Source: Mycobacterium tuberculosis H37Rv (GTDB taxonomy: Bacteria > Actinomycetota > Actinomycetes > Mycobacteriales > Mycobacteriaceae). From it: a stretch of DNA of 32,000 bases. This document shows positions 19,993 through 28,395 of this stretch, piece after piece; position 1 is the stretch's first letter, and each line of letters opens with the position of its first letter. Where the stretch lies: the NCBI RefSeq assembly GCF_000195955.2, contig NC_000962.3, positions 2,430,001-2,462,000 of the forward strand, in the 5' to 3' direction. The notes beneath the pieces are model-generated. The model had not been told where the DNA came from and did not search any database. It saw only the letters and a list, made by a program, of their open reading frames with translations. Made by a program: the position numbers and the translations under genes.

Positions 19993-21150
19993 TCAACGGG
20001 CCGCATCGTCGCCGCGCAGAAAATCTGCTAGCTTGGCGGCCAGCGTGTCCCAACGCCACTGCGCCGTGACCCATTCTCGGCCGGCGGCGCCCATCGCGAC
20101 GGCCCGATCCCGATCGATCAGCAACTCGGCCACGGCGTCGGCCACCCGGTCCACCGACCTACCGTCGACCACTAGCCCAGTCTTGTTGTGCTGCACCGTT
20201 TCCGGCGCTCCGCCAGAATTGCCGGCGATTACCGGCACGCCGGCGGCGGAGGCTTCGAGGAACACGATGCCCAAGCCCTCGACGTCCATCCCGGCGCCGC
20301 GGGTGCGGCATGGCATGGCGAACACGTCGGCCAGTGCGTGGTGGGCGGGAAGTTCGTCGGTTGCCACGCCGCCGGTGAACGTCACGTGGTCGGCCACCCC
20401 ACAGTCGTGAGCCAGCTTGCGCAACGTCTCTAGATATGGACCGCCGCCGACAATCACCAACGCGGCTCCATCAACGCGACGCCGGATCGACGGGAGCGCC
20501 GTGACCAGGGTGTCCTGGCCTTTGCGCGGCACCAACCGCGACAGACACACTACCGTGGGCCGCTCGCCTAGCCGATAGCGCTTCCGCAACTCGGCGCGTG
20601 CGGCCGGATCGGGGCGGAACCGGTCGGTGTCCACTCCCGGCGGTAGGTATTCCAACGAAGCCGCGGGCCCGAACGCAGAAGCAAACCGGGACCGCGTGTA
20701 GCTGCTGACGAAAGTCACCACGTCGGTGCCGTCGCCGATGCGGCGTAGCACCGATCGAGCGACCGGAAGCATCGACCAGCCCACTTCGTGGCCGTGCGTG
20801 CTGGCCAACACCCGGCTAGCTCCAGCCAGCCGGGCACGCGGGGCCAGCAGGGCCAGCGGTGCGGCCGCACCGAACCAGACGGTTTCGATGTCGTGCTCGG
20901 CGATCAGCCGGCGCATCCGGACATCGACCGTTGGACCCGGCAGCATCACCGTGCTGGGATGGCGCACCACCCGGTAACCGGCAGCACGGGCTGCGTCGTC
21001 GAAGGCGTCGGCGCCTTTCCACTGCGGTGCATACACTGTCATCGCATGCGCTCGGGAGCCGACCAGCCGACCGACGAACTCCCCCAGATAGGACTGGATG
21101 CCCCCGCGTCGGGGTGGAAAGTCGTTAGTTACCAACAGGACCCGGCTCAC
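19993..21150 (-). CDS. pimB: GT4 GDP-mannose-dependent mannosyltransferase PimB' (Rv2188c-like)
   Basis: The N-terminus is VLLVTNDFPPRRGGIQSY and the C-terminal EX7E region is FLEASAAGVPVIAGNSGGAPE. I chose the GTG at 21150; the longest ORF (TTG at 21192) begins inside a hairpin. Confidence 0.9.
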   Translation of the reverse strand: MSRVLLVTNDFPPRRGGIQSYLGEFVGRLVGSRAHAMTVYAPQWKGADAFDDAARAAGYRVVRHPSTVMLPGPTVDVRMRRLIAEHDIETVWFGAAAPLALLAPRARLAGASRVLASTHGHEVGWSMLPVARSVLRRIGDGTDVVTFVSSYTRSRFASAFGPAASLEYLPPGVDTDRFRPDPAARAELRKRYRLGERPTVVCLSRLVPRKGQDTLVTALPSIRRRVDGAALVIVGGGPYLETLRKLAHDCGVADHVTFTGGVATDELPAHHALADVFAMPCRTRGAGMDVEGLGIVFLEASAAGVPVIAGNSGGAPETVQHNKTGLVVDGRSVDRVADAVAELLIDRDRAVAMGAAGREWVTAQWRWDTLAAKLADFLRGDDAAR

Positions 21151-21180
21151 CTGGGTCAGGCTAGCGGGTCCACCTTGCGT

Positions 21181-21236
21181 GAGCAGACGCAAAGTCGCCC
21201 AAAATCGCCGGTTTCCGGGTGATTTTGCGTCTGCTC
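21181..21236 (-). promoter_or_regulatory. 56-nt imperfect palindrome (13-bp perfect outer arms) between the Rv2189c stop and the pimB start
   Basis: gagcagacgcaaa (21181-21193) pairs with tttgcgtctgctc (21224-21236). The inner part pairs partially (aaaatcgccgg / ccgggtgatttt). There is no U-tract on the minus strand. Confidence 0.5.
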
Positions 21237-21246
21237 GCGGCGGAAG

Positions 21247-22020
21247 CTAGCCCATTAGCCACCGCTGCCAGCGCGCGAGCAGGCCAGCGGCGTCAATGCC
21301 GAGGACGTCGTGGGCGGCGGTAGCCAGGTCGAAGTGTCCGACACCACAAGTGGCCAGATAAAGCTCACGCAGCTTGGCGGTACCGTAGGCGGCCGCGACG
21401 AACCGAGCGAACCACCACGCGCGGTCATATGCCAGCGAGCGCTGTGGCCCCGGAGTGTCCAGGTCGGTGTCCGACGGTAACGACAGCGCCACAGACACCG
21501 CATCCGCGGGCGGCGGGGTCTTGGGCCTGGCAACGAAATCGGCCACCCCCTCGGCCAGCCATCGAGGTGCATCCAGGGCCGTGTCGGCCCGGGCCGCATA
21601 GTGAAAAAGCTCGTGGCCCAACACTATTCGTAGCGCCGCTGGGCTCATGTGTGCCGCGCCCGGCGCGAACACAATCCGTTGGCCGACCACCGTGCGACGA
21701 GCAGGATCGACACGGTCGACCACCGTGATCGCGGCGATGTCCGCCCATTGCGACGCCAAACCCCCGCCTGCGGCGGCATGAAACTGCTCGTCGCTACCGG
21801 CGGCAACCACAAAGATGTCGTGCGACCAATCGGTGCCCCAGAATGCCACCACCTCGTCGACCGCGGCGTCGATGCCCGCCGCGATGCGCGACAGCAAGCG
21901 GTCGGTGGCCGCGCCACCAAGGCTGAGCAGCCGCACCGTGCGGTCGTCGGCGACCCGCAGCGCGACAAACCCATCGGCTGGCGCGACCACCTGTGCCGGT
22001 GCTGCAGGTCCATCGCGCAC
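21247..22020 (-). CDS. Conserved hypothetical protein with a HExxH (peptidase MA-like) motif (Rv2189c-like); start uncertain
   Basis: The motif is VLGHELFHYAARADTALDAPRWLAEGVADF. GTG at 22020 gives 257 aa. The ORF stays open to 22212 and encodes a hydrophobic segment (22030-22092) upstream of that GTG. Confidence 0.75.
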   Translation of the reverse strand: MRDGPAAPAQVVAPADGFVALRVADDRTVRLLSLGGAATDRLLSRIAAGIDAAVDEVVAFWGTDWSHDIFVVAAGSDEQFHAAAGGGLASQWADIAAITVVDRVDPARRTVVGQRIVFAPGAAHMSPAALRIVLGHELFHYAARADTALDAPRWLAEGVADFVARPKTPPPADAVSVALSLPSDTDLDTPGPQRSLAYDRAWWFARFVAAAYGTAKLRELYLATCGVGHFDLATAAHDVLGIDAAGLLARWQRWLMG

Positions 22021-22114
22021 CGGATTACCAGACAGGGCCGCCGCGCCAATCAGCTCCGCAACAAACAGACAGGCCAGCAAGATCCGAGGGCAAAGCCGCC
22101 GCGCGACGAGCCGG

Positions 22115-23272
22115 TCAGTAACGGCGGGCGTCGTAGATCGGCCCCGACGAGTCCATCGGCACCACCCGCACCGGAACACCGTAGGTGGAGGAATGAACCA
22201 TAAGACCATCACCGATGTAGATGCCTGCGTGTGACGCGTCGGAATAGAAGGTCAACACGTCGCCGGGCTGCAGATCCGACAACGCGACCGGCTGACCACC
22301 GTGAGCCAGCGCCTGGCTGGAGTGCGGTAACGCGATACCAGCCTGCTGGAACGCCCACATCACCAAGCCTGAGCAGTCGAACCCGCCGGGCGCGGCACCA
22401 CCCCACGCGTAGGGCGCGCCGACCTGCGTCAACGCCGCTTGGACAACGGCCGTACGGTCGCCGCCAGCGCCGTCGGGCTGCACGAAAGGCAATCCGGGCA
22501 TCCCACCAGGCGGCGGCGCCACGCCAGGCGCCGGGCCGTCGCCAGGCGGCGCACCGGGCGGCAACGCCGCAGGTGGGGCCCCGGGGGCGATCGCAGCAAC
22601 CGCCGGGACCGGTCCTGGATCAGCGAGGGCCGTGCGCTCCTCCGGCGTCAACGCGACGTATTGCGACTTGACGACGGCAATCTGCACCTGCAGCTGGCTC
22701 TGTTTGTGCTGCAGATTCGCTCGTACCGCGGCAGCTTGCTCGGCCGCGGACCTGGCATCGGCCGCCGATTTGGCTGCAGCCTGCTCGGCCTTGACGGCCT
22801 GTTCTCCAGCGGCCTTGAAACGGGCCATCTGCGTGGACATTTGATGCGCCATCACCCGCTGTACCGATAGCCGATCGATCAACAGTTGCGGGGACTCCGC
22901 CGTCAGGATCGCATCCATGCCGTGGGTACGACCACCCATGTAGGTAGCGGCCGCGACCTTGTTCACCGCCGTCTGAAAAGTCGCCAAGCGTGCTCTCGCA
23001 GCATCCAAGGCCGTTCTGTTGTCCGCAAGCTTCTGGTCGGCGGCCCGCTGGGCAGCGAGCTTTTCGTTGAGATCCAGCTGCGCACTGTGCAGCGCCTCGG
23101 TGGTCTGCTCGGCCTGCCGGGATAACTCGTTGAGCTTGGCCAGCGCGTCGTCGGCCGGATCAGCCAGCACATTCGCGGCCAGGACGCCGGAGGAGACGGT
23201 GAAGCTCGCAAAGAAACCTATGGCGGACCGCATGATTACACGCGCGATCAACCACCTCTGGTCGAGCCTCAA
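22115..23272 (-). CDS. ripC: NlpC/P60 peptidoglycan endopeptidase RipC
   Basis: It has a signal/TM segment, a long coiled-coil region, a Pro-rich linker (PGAPPAALPPGAPPGDGPAPGVAPPPGG) and an NlpC/P60 core (FDCSGLVMWAF ... HAGIYIG). I chose the TTG at 23272; alternatives are 23296 and 23329. Confidence 0.9.
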   Translation of the reverse strand: MRLDQRWLIARVIMRSAIGFFASFTVSSGVLAANVLADPADDALAKLNELSRQAEQTTEALHSAQLDLNEKLAAQRAADQKLADNRTALDAARARLATFQTAVNKVAAATYMGGRTHGMDAILTAESPQLLIDRLSVQRVMAHQMSTQMARFKAAGEQAVKAEQAAAKSAADARSAAEQAAAVRANLQHKQSQLQVQIAVVKSQYVALTPEERTALADPGPVPAVAAIAPGAPPAALPPGAPPGDGPAPGVAPPPGGMPGLPFVQPDGAGGDRTAVVQAALTQVGAPYAWGGAAPGGFDCSGLVMWAFQQAGIALPHSSQALAHGGQPVALSDLQPGDVLTFYSDASHAGIYIGDGLMVHSSTYGVPVRVVPMDSSGPIYDARRY

Positions 23273-23457
23273 AATTTGCTTCCTTAAACGGGCCATCGAC
23301 GGATGACGTCGAGCTGGTTTAGGTCTCAAACAGGTTACGAAACGATCTCGGAATTGTCCAAAAGGGGAAGTTAAGAAAATGGATAGATTTCTACCATTTC
23401 GCTGTGGACGATCGTACTTCTGCTATAGGGCTCCAGGGGCATCGACACGCAACGACC

Positions 23458-23736
23458 TTACGCGACACCGGATCCGCGCTGGCGGCGGACCGGCACCAGG
23501 CGCAACCGAGGGGCCAATCCGACATCGGCGAGCACTTCCAACGCAGCACGCTCGTCATGCGACAGGCTTTCCGGTACCCCGATGAGCACGCTGACCACAC
23601 AGTCGCGGCATCCAGATCCGCGCGCCGCGCAATCGTCACAGTCGATTACCACCGGCGCCCCCGGCCCGGGGGCTGTGCCGCCGCTAGTGTCTGGTCCGCT
23701 GCGTGCCATGGGGTCGTTCCTCTCGGCTTGGCTCAT
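23458..23736 (-). CDS. Small hypothetical four-cysteine (CxxC-x6-CxxC) protein, 92 aa (83 aa from the ATG at 23709)
   Basis: The motif is VVIDCDDCAARGSGCRDCVVSVLIG. Third-position GC is about 75% by hand count. GAGAGG lies 9 nt before the second ATG. A full RecA-NDp-type promoter lies just upstream. Confidence 0.55.
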   Translation of the reverse strand: MSQAERNDPMARSGPDTSGGTAPGPGAPVVIDCDDCAARGSGCRDCVVSVLIGVPESLSHDERAALEVLADVGLAPRLRLVPVRRQRGSGVA

Positions 23737-23748
23737 GAGGTCGTCCGA

Positions 23749-23770
23749 ACGCTAATCGCGAGCACCGACA
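23749..23770 (-). promoter_or_regulatory. RecA-independent DNA-damage promoter motif (RecA-NDp / PafBC type) facing the small Cys ORF
   Basis: The minus strand reads TGTCGGTG (23770-23763), then the 8-nt spacer ctcgcgat, then TAGCGT (23754-23749). This matches tTGTCRgtg-N8-TAnnnT exactly in its conserved positions. Confidence 0.7.
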
Positions 23771-23813
23771 TCCGTTGCCGCCGCGTGCGCGCTCGGCGTA
23801 GGGAGCGTTTGCG

Positions 23814-23835
23814 TGTCAGTGCAGGGGCCTAACGT
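23814..23835 (+). promoter_or_regulatory. RecA-independent DNA-damage promoter motif (RecA-NDp / PafBC type) facing the Cho-like nuclease gene
   Basis: The plus strand reads TGTCAGTG (23814-23821), then the 8-nt spacer caggggcc, then TAACGT (23830-23835). The ATG at 23843 lies 7 nt after the -10 hexamer, which is leaderless geometry. Confidence 0.7.
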
Positions 23836-23842
23836 CGCGGCC

Positions 23843-25756
23843 ATGGGTGCAACCGGTGGGACTCAGCTGAGTTTCGCCGACCTGGCACACGCCCAGGGGG
23901 CAGCCTGGACCCCAGCCGACGAGATGTCCCTGCGCGAGACCACCTTCGTCGTGGTCGACCTGGAAACCACAGGTGGGCGCACGACGGGTAACGACGCAAC
24001 ACCGCCGGACGCGATCACCGAAATCGGGGCGGTCAAGGTATGCGGCGGCGCGGTGCTCGGTGAATTCGCCACCCTGGTAAACCCGCAACACAGCATTCCG
24101 CCCCAGATCGTGCGGCTCACCGGTATCACTACGGCGATGGTGGGTAATGCCCCGACGATCGACGCCGTCCTGCCGATGTTCTTCGAGTTCGCCGGCGACT
24201 CGGTGCTCGTGGCCCACAACGCTGGGTTCGATATCGGATTCCTGCGCGCCGCCGCGAGGCGGTGCGATATCACCTGGCCCCAACCACAGGTGTTGTGCAC
24301 GATGCGGCTGGCCCGGCGGGTGCTGAGCCGAGACGAAGCCCCTAGCGTGCGTCTGGCCGCGCTAGCGCGGCTGTTCGCCGTCGCCAGCAACCCCACCCAC
24401 CGCGCCCTCGACGACGCTCGCGCCACCGTCGACGTGCTGCACGCACTCATCGAGCGAGTGGGCAACCAGGGCGTGCACACCTATGCCGAGCTGCGCTCGT
24501 ATCTGCCCAACGTGACCCAGGCGCAGCGCTGCAAACGGGTACTGGCGGAAACACTGCCGCACCGGCCGGGGGTGTACCTGTTCCGCGGACCGTCGGGCGA
24601 GGTGCTCTATGTCGGCACCGCGGCGGACTTGCGCCGCCGGGTAAGCCAGTACTTCAACGGCACCGACCGCCGCAAGCGGATGACGGAGATGGTCATGCTG
24701 GCCAGCTCGATCGATCATGTCGAATGCGCGCACCCCCTGGAGGCCGGTGTCCGTGAGCTGCGGATGCTGTCGACGCATGCCCCGCCGTATAACCGCAGGT
24801 CGAAGTTCCCATACCGGTGGTGGTGGGTGGCGCTCACCGATGAAGCATTTCCACGCCTGTCGGTCATCCGGGCCCCGCGACACGACCGCGTCGTCGGCCC
24901 GTTCCGATCCCGCTCCAAGGCCGCCGAGACGGCAGCGCTGCTGGCACGCTGCACGGGACTGCGAACCTGCACCACTCGGCTGACACGTTCCGCCCGGCAC
25001 GGACCCGCCTGCCCCGAGCTGGAAGTGTCGGCCTGCCCGGCCGCCCGCGACGTCACGGCCGCGCAATACGCCGAGGCGGTACTGCGCGCGGCGGCCTTGA
25101 TCGGCGGATTGGACAACGCCGCGCTGGCCGCGGCCGTTCAACAGGTCACTGAGCTCGCCGAGCGCCGTCGCTATGAGAGCGCTGCCCGACTGCGTGACCA
25201 CCTCGCCACCGCCATCGAGGCGTTGTGGCATGGCCAACGATTGCGAGCACTGGCCGCGCTGCCCGAGTTGATCGCCGCCAAGCCGGACGGCCCCAGGGAG
25301 GGCGGCTACCAACTGGCCGTCATTCGCCACGGCCAACTCGCCGCTGCCGGCAGGGCACCGCGCGGGGTTCCTCCGATGCCTGTGGTCGACGCCATCCGCC
25401 GCGGCGCTCAGGCGATCCTGCCTACGCCGGCACCGCTCGGCGGGGCACTGGTGGAGGAGATCGCGCTCATCGCCCGCTGGCTGGCCGAGCCGGGAGTGCG
25501 CATCGTCGGGGTCTCGAACGACGCCGCAGGGTTGGCCTCCCCAGTGCGCTCGGCCGGCCCGTGGGCAGCGTGGGCGGCAACGGCGCGCTCGGCCCAGTTG
25601 GCCGGCGAGCAGCTCAGCAGAGGTTGGCAGTCAGATCTGCCGACCGAACCGCACCCATCGCGCGAGCAACTGTTCGGCCGCACCGGTGTCGATTGCCGCA
25701 CTGGCCCGCCGCAACCCCTCCTCCCAGGCCGGCAGCCATTCAGCACGGCTGGATAA
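23843..25756 (+). CDS. DnaQ-like DEDDh exonuclease fused to a GIY-YIG (UvrC/Cho-like) nuclease domain (Rv2191-like)
   Basis: The exonuclease motifs are [22 protein letters not shown] and [14 protein letters not shown]. The GIY-YIG region is [29 protein letters not shown]. Longer GTG starts exist at 23813 and 23819, but they contain the promoter motif. Confidence 0.88.
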
Positions 25757-26743
25757 TCCGGCGTGGGCGACGATCGCACCGGCGGCGTTGAGCACCACAG
25801 CGTCCCGGACCGGGCCCCTGGCACCGCCCAACACCGCGCGCACCGCGGCCGCGTTGGCTTGCGCATCGCCTCCAGCCAGCTGGTCAAGCTGGGCGCGCGC
25901 AAACCCGAATCCGGCGGGATCAAACGTCAACTTATCCACGCTGCCCGCCGCAACGCGCCAGATCGTGCTCGTGGTGGTGGTGGTCAACTCGTCCAGCCCA
26001 TCGTCGCCGTGTACCACCAGCACACTGGACCGGCGCGCAGCAAACACCCCGGCCATCACTTCGGCGAGGTCGGCGAACGCGCATCCGATCAGTCCAGCCC
26101 GGGGCCGGGCCGGATTGGTCAGCGGCCCGAGAAGATTGAACACGGTGGGCACACCGATCTCGCGGCGTACCGCGGCCGCGTGCCGGTAGGAGGGATGGAA
26201 CCGCGGCGCGAAGCAGAACCCGATCCCAACCTCCGCGAGGCTGCGCGCGACCAGGTCGGGTCCCAGGTCGATGCGCACCCCCAGCGCCTCCAGCGTGTCG
26301 GCGCCACCGGACAACGAGGACGCCGCTCGGTTGCCGTGCTTGACCACCGGCACACCCGCAGCCGCCACCACAATCGCCGCCATGGTGGATAGGTTCACCG
26401 TGTTGACTCCGTCGCCACCGGTGCCGACGACGTCGACGGCGTCGTCGGGGACCGTATCGGCGGGCAACGGATGCGCGTGGCTGAGCATGACGCCAGCGAG
26501 CTCACCGACTTCGTCGGCGGTCGGAGCCTTCATCGTCATCGCCACCGCGAAGGCGGCGATCTGCGCCGGCCGCGCATTGCCGGTCATGATCTGGTCCATG
26601 GCCCAGGCAGCCTGGCCCCGCGCCAGATCGCGGTTGTCGGTCAACCGCCCCAAAATCTGCGGCCAGGACGGCACCGATGCGGCTTCTGCTTTCGGCGAGC
26701 CCCCGCGAGATCCCCCCGAAGAACCCTCAGCTGACAGCGCCAC
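25631..26743 (-). CDS. trpD: Anthranilate phosphoribosyltransferase
   Basis: The motifs [17 protein letters not shown] and KHGNRAASS are present. The product is 370 aa and I recognise it as the Rv2192c sequence. Confidence 0.95.
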
Positions 26744-26900
26744 GCGCTGATGGTCCCATGAGGATCAACCAACCCCAACCGCGCCCTGAACACGTCGACG
26801 ACTTGCGCTAACCAAACGGCCGGGCGACACGCGGAACTGACTTACCGAAATTTCCGACCCGGGTAGAGTTCGACAACTACAAAGCGTCATACTTGCGGAT

Positions 26901-27512
26901 GTGACGAGTGCTGTTGGGACCTCGGGTACTGCCATCACATCGCGCGTGCATTCGCTGAATCGGCCCAACATGGTCAGTGTCGGCACCATAGTGTGGCTAT
27001 CCAGTGAATTAATGTTCTTTGCTGGGCTGTTCGCGTTCTATTTCTCGGCACGAGCTCAGGCCGGCGGGAATTGGCCGCCGCCACCGACAGAACTGAATCT
27101 GTACCAGGCCGTCCCGGTCACGCTGGTCCTGATTGCCTCGTCGTTCACCTGCCAGATGGGCGTGTTCGCGGCCGAACGCGGCGACATCTTCGGGCTGCGC
27201 CGCTGGTATGTGATCACATTCCTGATGGGCCTGTTCTTCGTTCTGGGCCAGGCCTACGAGTATCGCAACCTGATGTCGCACGGGACGAGCATCCCCAGCA
27301 GCGCATACGGCAGCGTGTTCTATCTGGCCACCGGATTCCATGGACTGCACGTCACCGGCGGCCTCATCGCCTTCATCTTCCTGCTGGTACGCACTGGGAT
27401 GAGCAAATTTACTCCGGCGCAGGCCACAGCCAGCATCGTCGTCTCTTACTACTGGCATTTCGTCGACATCGTGTGGATCGCGCTATTCACCGTGATCTAT
27501 TTCATCCGATGA
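26901..27512 (+). CDS. ctaE: Cytochrome c oxidase (aa3) subunit III
   Basis: A 203-aa polytopic protein ([13 protein letters not shown] is typical of CoxIII). GTG start at 26901. Confidence 0.93.
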   Translation: MTSAVGTSGTAITSRVHSLNRPNMVSVGTIVWLSSELMFFAGLFAFYFSARAQAGGNWPPPPTELNLYQAVPVTLVLIASSFTCQMGVFAAERGDIFGLRRWYVITFLMGLFFVLGQAYEYRNLMSHGTSIPSSAYGSVFYLATGFHGLHVTGGLIAFIFLLVRTGMSKFTPAQATASIVVSYYWHFVDIVWIALFTVIYFIR

Positions 27513-27552
27513 GCCGGCGTCCGACGAACATCCCACGAACAGGAGTGCTCGG

Positions 27553-28395
27553 TTGACGAAACTGGGGTTCACCCGATCCGGTGGCAGTAAGAGTGGTCGC
27601 ACGCGACGGCGCCTGCGCCGCCGATTGTCCGGCGGAGTGTTGCTGCTGATAGCGCTGACCATCGCCGGTGGATTGGCAGCTGTGCTGACCCCTACCCCAC
27701 AGGTGGCCGTCGCCGACGAATCCTCCTCGGCGTTGCTGCGCACCGGCAAACAACTTTTCGACACCTCGTGTGTGTCCTGCCATGGCGCCAACCTGCAGGG
27801 CGTGCCCGACCACGGGCCGAGTCTGATCGGGGTCGGCGAGGCCGCCGTCTACTTCCAGGTGTCGACCGGCCGGATGCCGGCCATGCGCGGCGAGGCACAG
27901 GCGCCGCGCAAAGATCCGATCTTCGACGAAGCACAGATCGACGCGATCGGCGCCTACGTGCAAGCCAATGGCGGTGGGCCGACGGTGGTACGTAACCCCG
28001 ATGGCAGCATTGCAACGCAGTCGCTACGTGGCAACGACCTGGGCCGCGGCGGCGACTTGTTCCGGCTCAACTGCGCCTCGTGTCACAACTTCACCGGCAA
28101 GGGCGGAGCATTGTCGTCCGGCAAATACGCACCCGACCTTGCGCCCGCCAATGAACAGCAAATCCTCACCGCGATGCTGACGGGTCCACAGAACATGCCG
28201 AAGTTCTCCAACCGCCAGCTCTCCTTCGAAGCGAAAAAGGACATCATTGCCTACGTGAAGGTCGCCACCGAGGCGCGGCAGCCCGGTGGTTACCTACTCG
28301 GCGGATTCGGACCCGCACCCGAAGGCATGGCCATGTGGATCATCGGAATGGTCGCCGCGATCGGGCTGGCACTGTGGATTGGGGCGCGATCATGA
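27553..28395 (+). CDS. qcrC: Cytochrome bc1 complex diheme cytochrome c subunit
   Basis: There are two heme-binding motifs, CVSCH and CASCH. TM helices lie at the N- and C-termini. AGGAG lies 8 nt before the TTG at 27553. Confidence 0.93.
   Translation: MTKLGFTRSGGSKSGRTRRRLRRRLSGGVLLLIALTIAGGLAAVLTPTPQVAVADESSSALLRTGKQLFDTSCVSCHGANLQGVPDHGPSLIGVGEAAVYFQVSTGRMPAMRGEAQAPRKDPIFDEAQIDAIGAYVQANGGGPTVVRNPDGSIATQSLRGNDLGRGGDLFRLNCASCHNFTGKGGALSSGKYAPDLAPANEQQILTAMLTGPQNMPKFSNRQLSFEAKKDIIAYVKVATEARQPGGYLLGGFGPAPEGMAMWIIGMVAAIGLALWIGARS

Noticed and set aside
23273-23457. A cyclic-di-AMP (ydaO-type) riboswitch upstream of the NlpC/P60 gene ripC, as seen upstream of some actinobacterial cell-wall hydrolase genes.
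   Set aside because: I could not find the conserved ACGGGGA / CCC-rich pseudo-symmetric core elements by eye on the minus strand. The region is simply AT-rich. A covariance-model scan is needed before making any such claim.
23741-23760. A possible LexA SOS box near the divergent promoters (ccGAACgctaATCG).
   Set aside because: Only the GAAC half-site is present. The second half is atcg rather than GTTC, so it does not fit the mycobacterial GAAC-N4-GTTC consensus.
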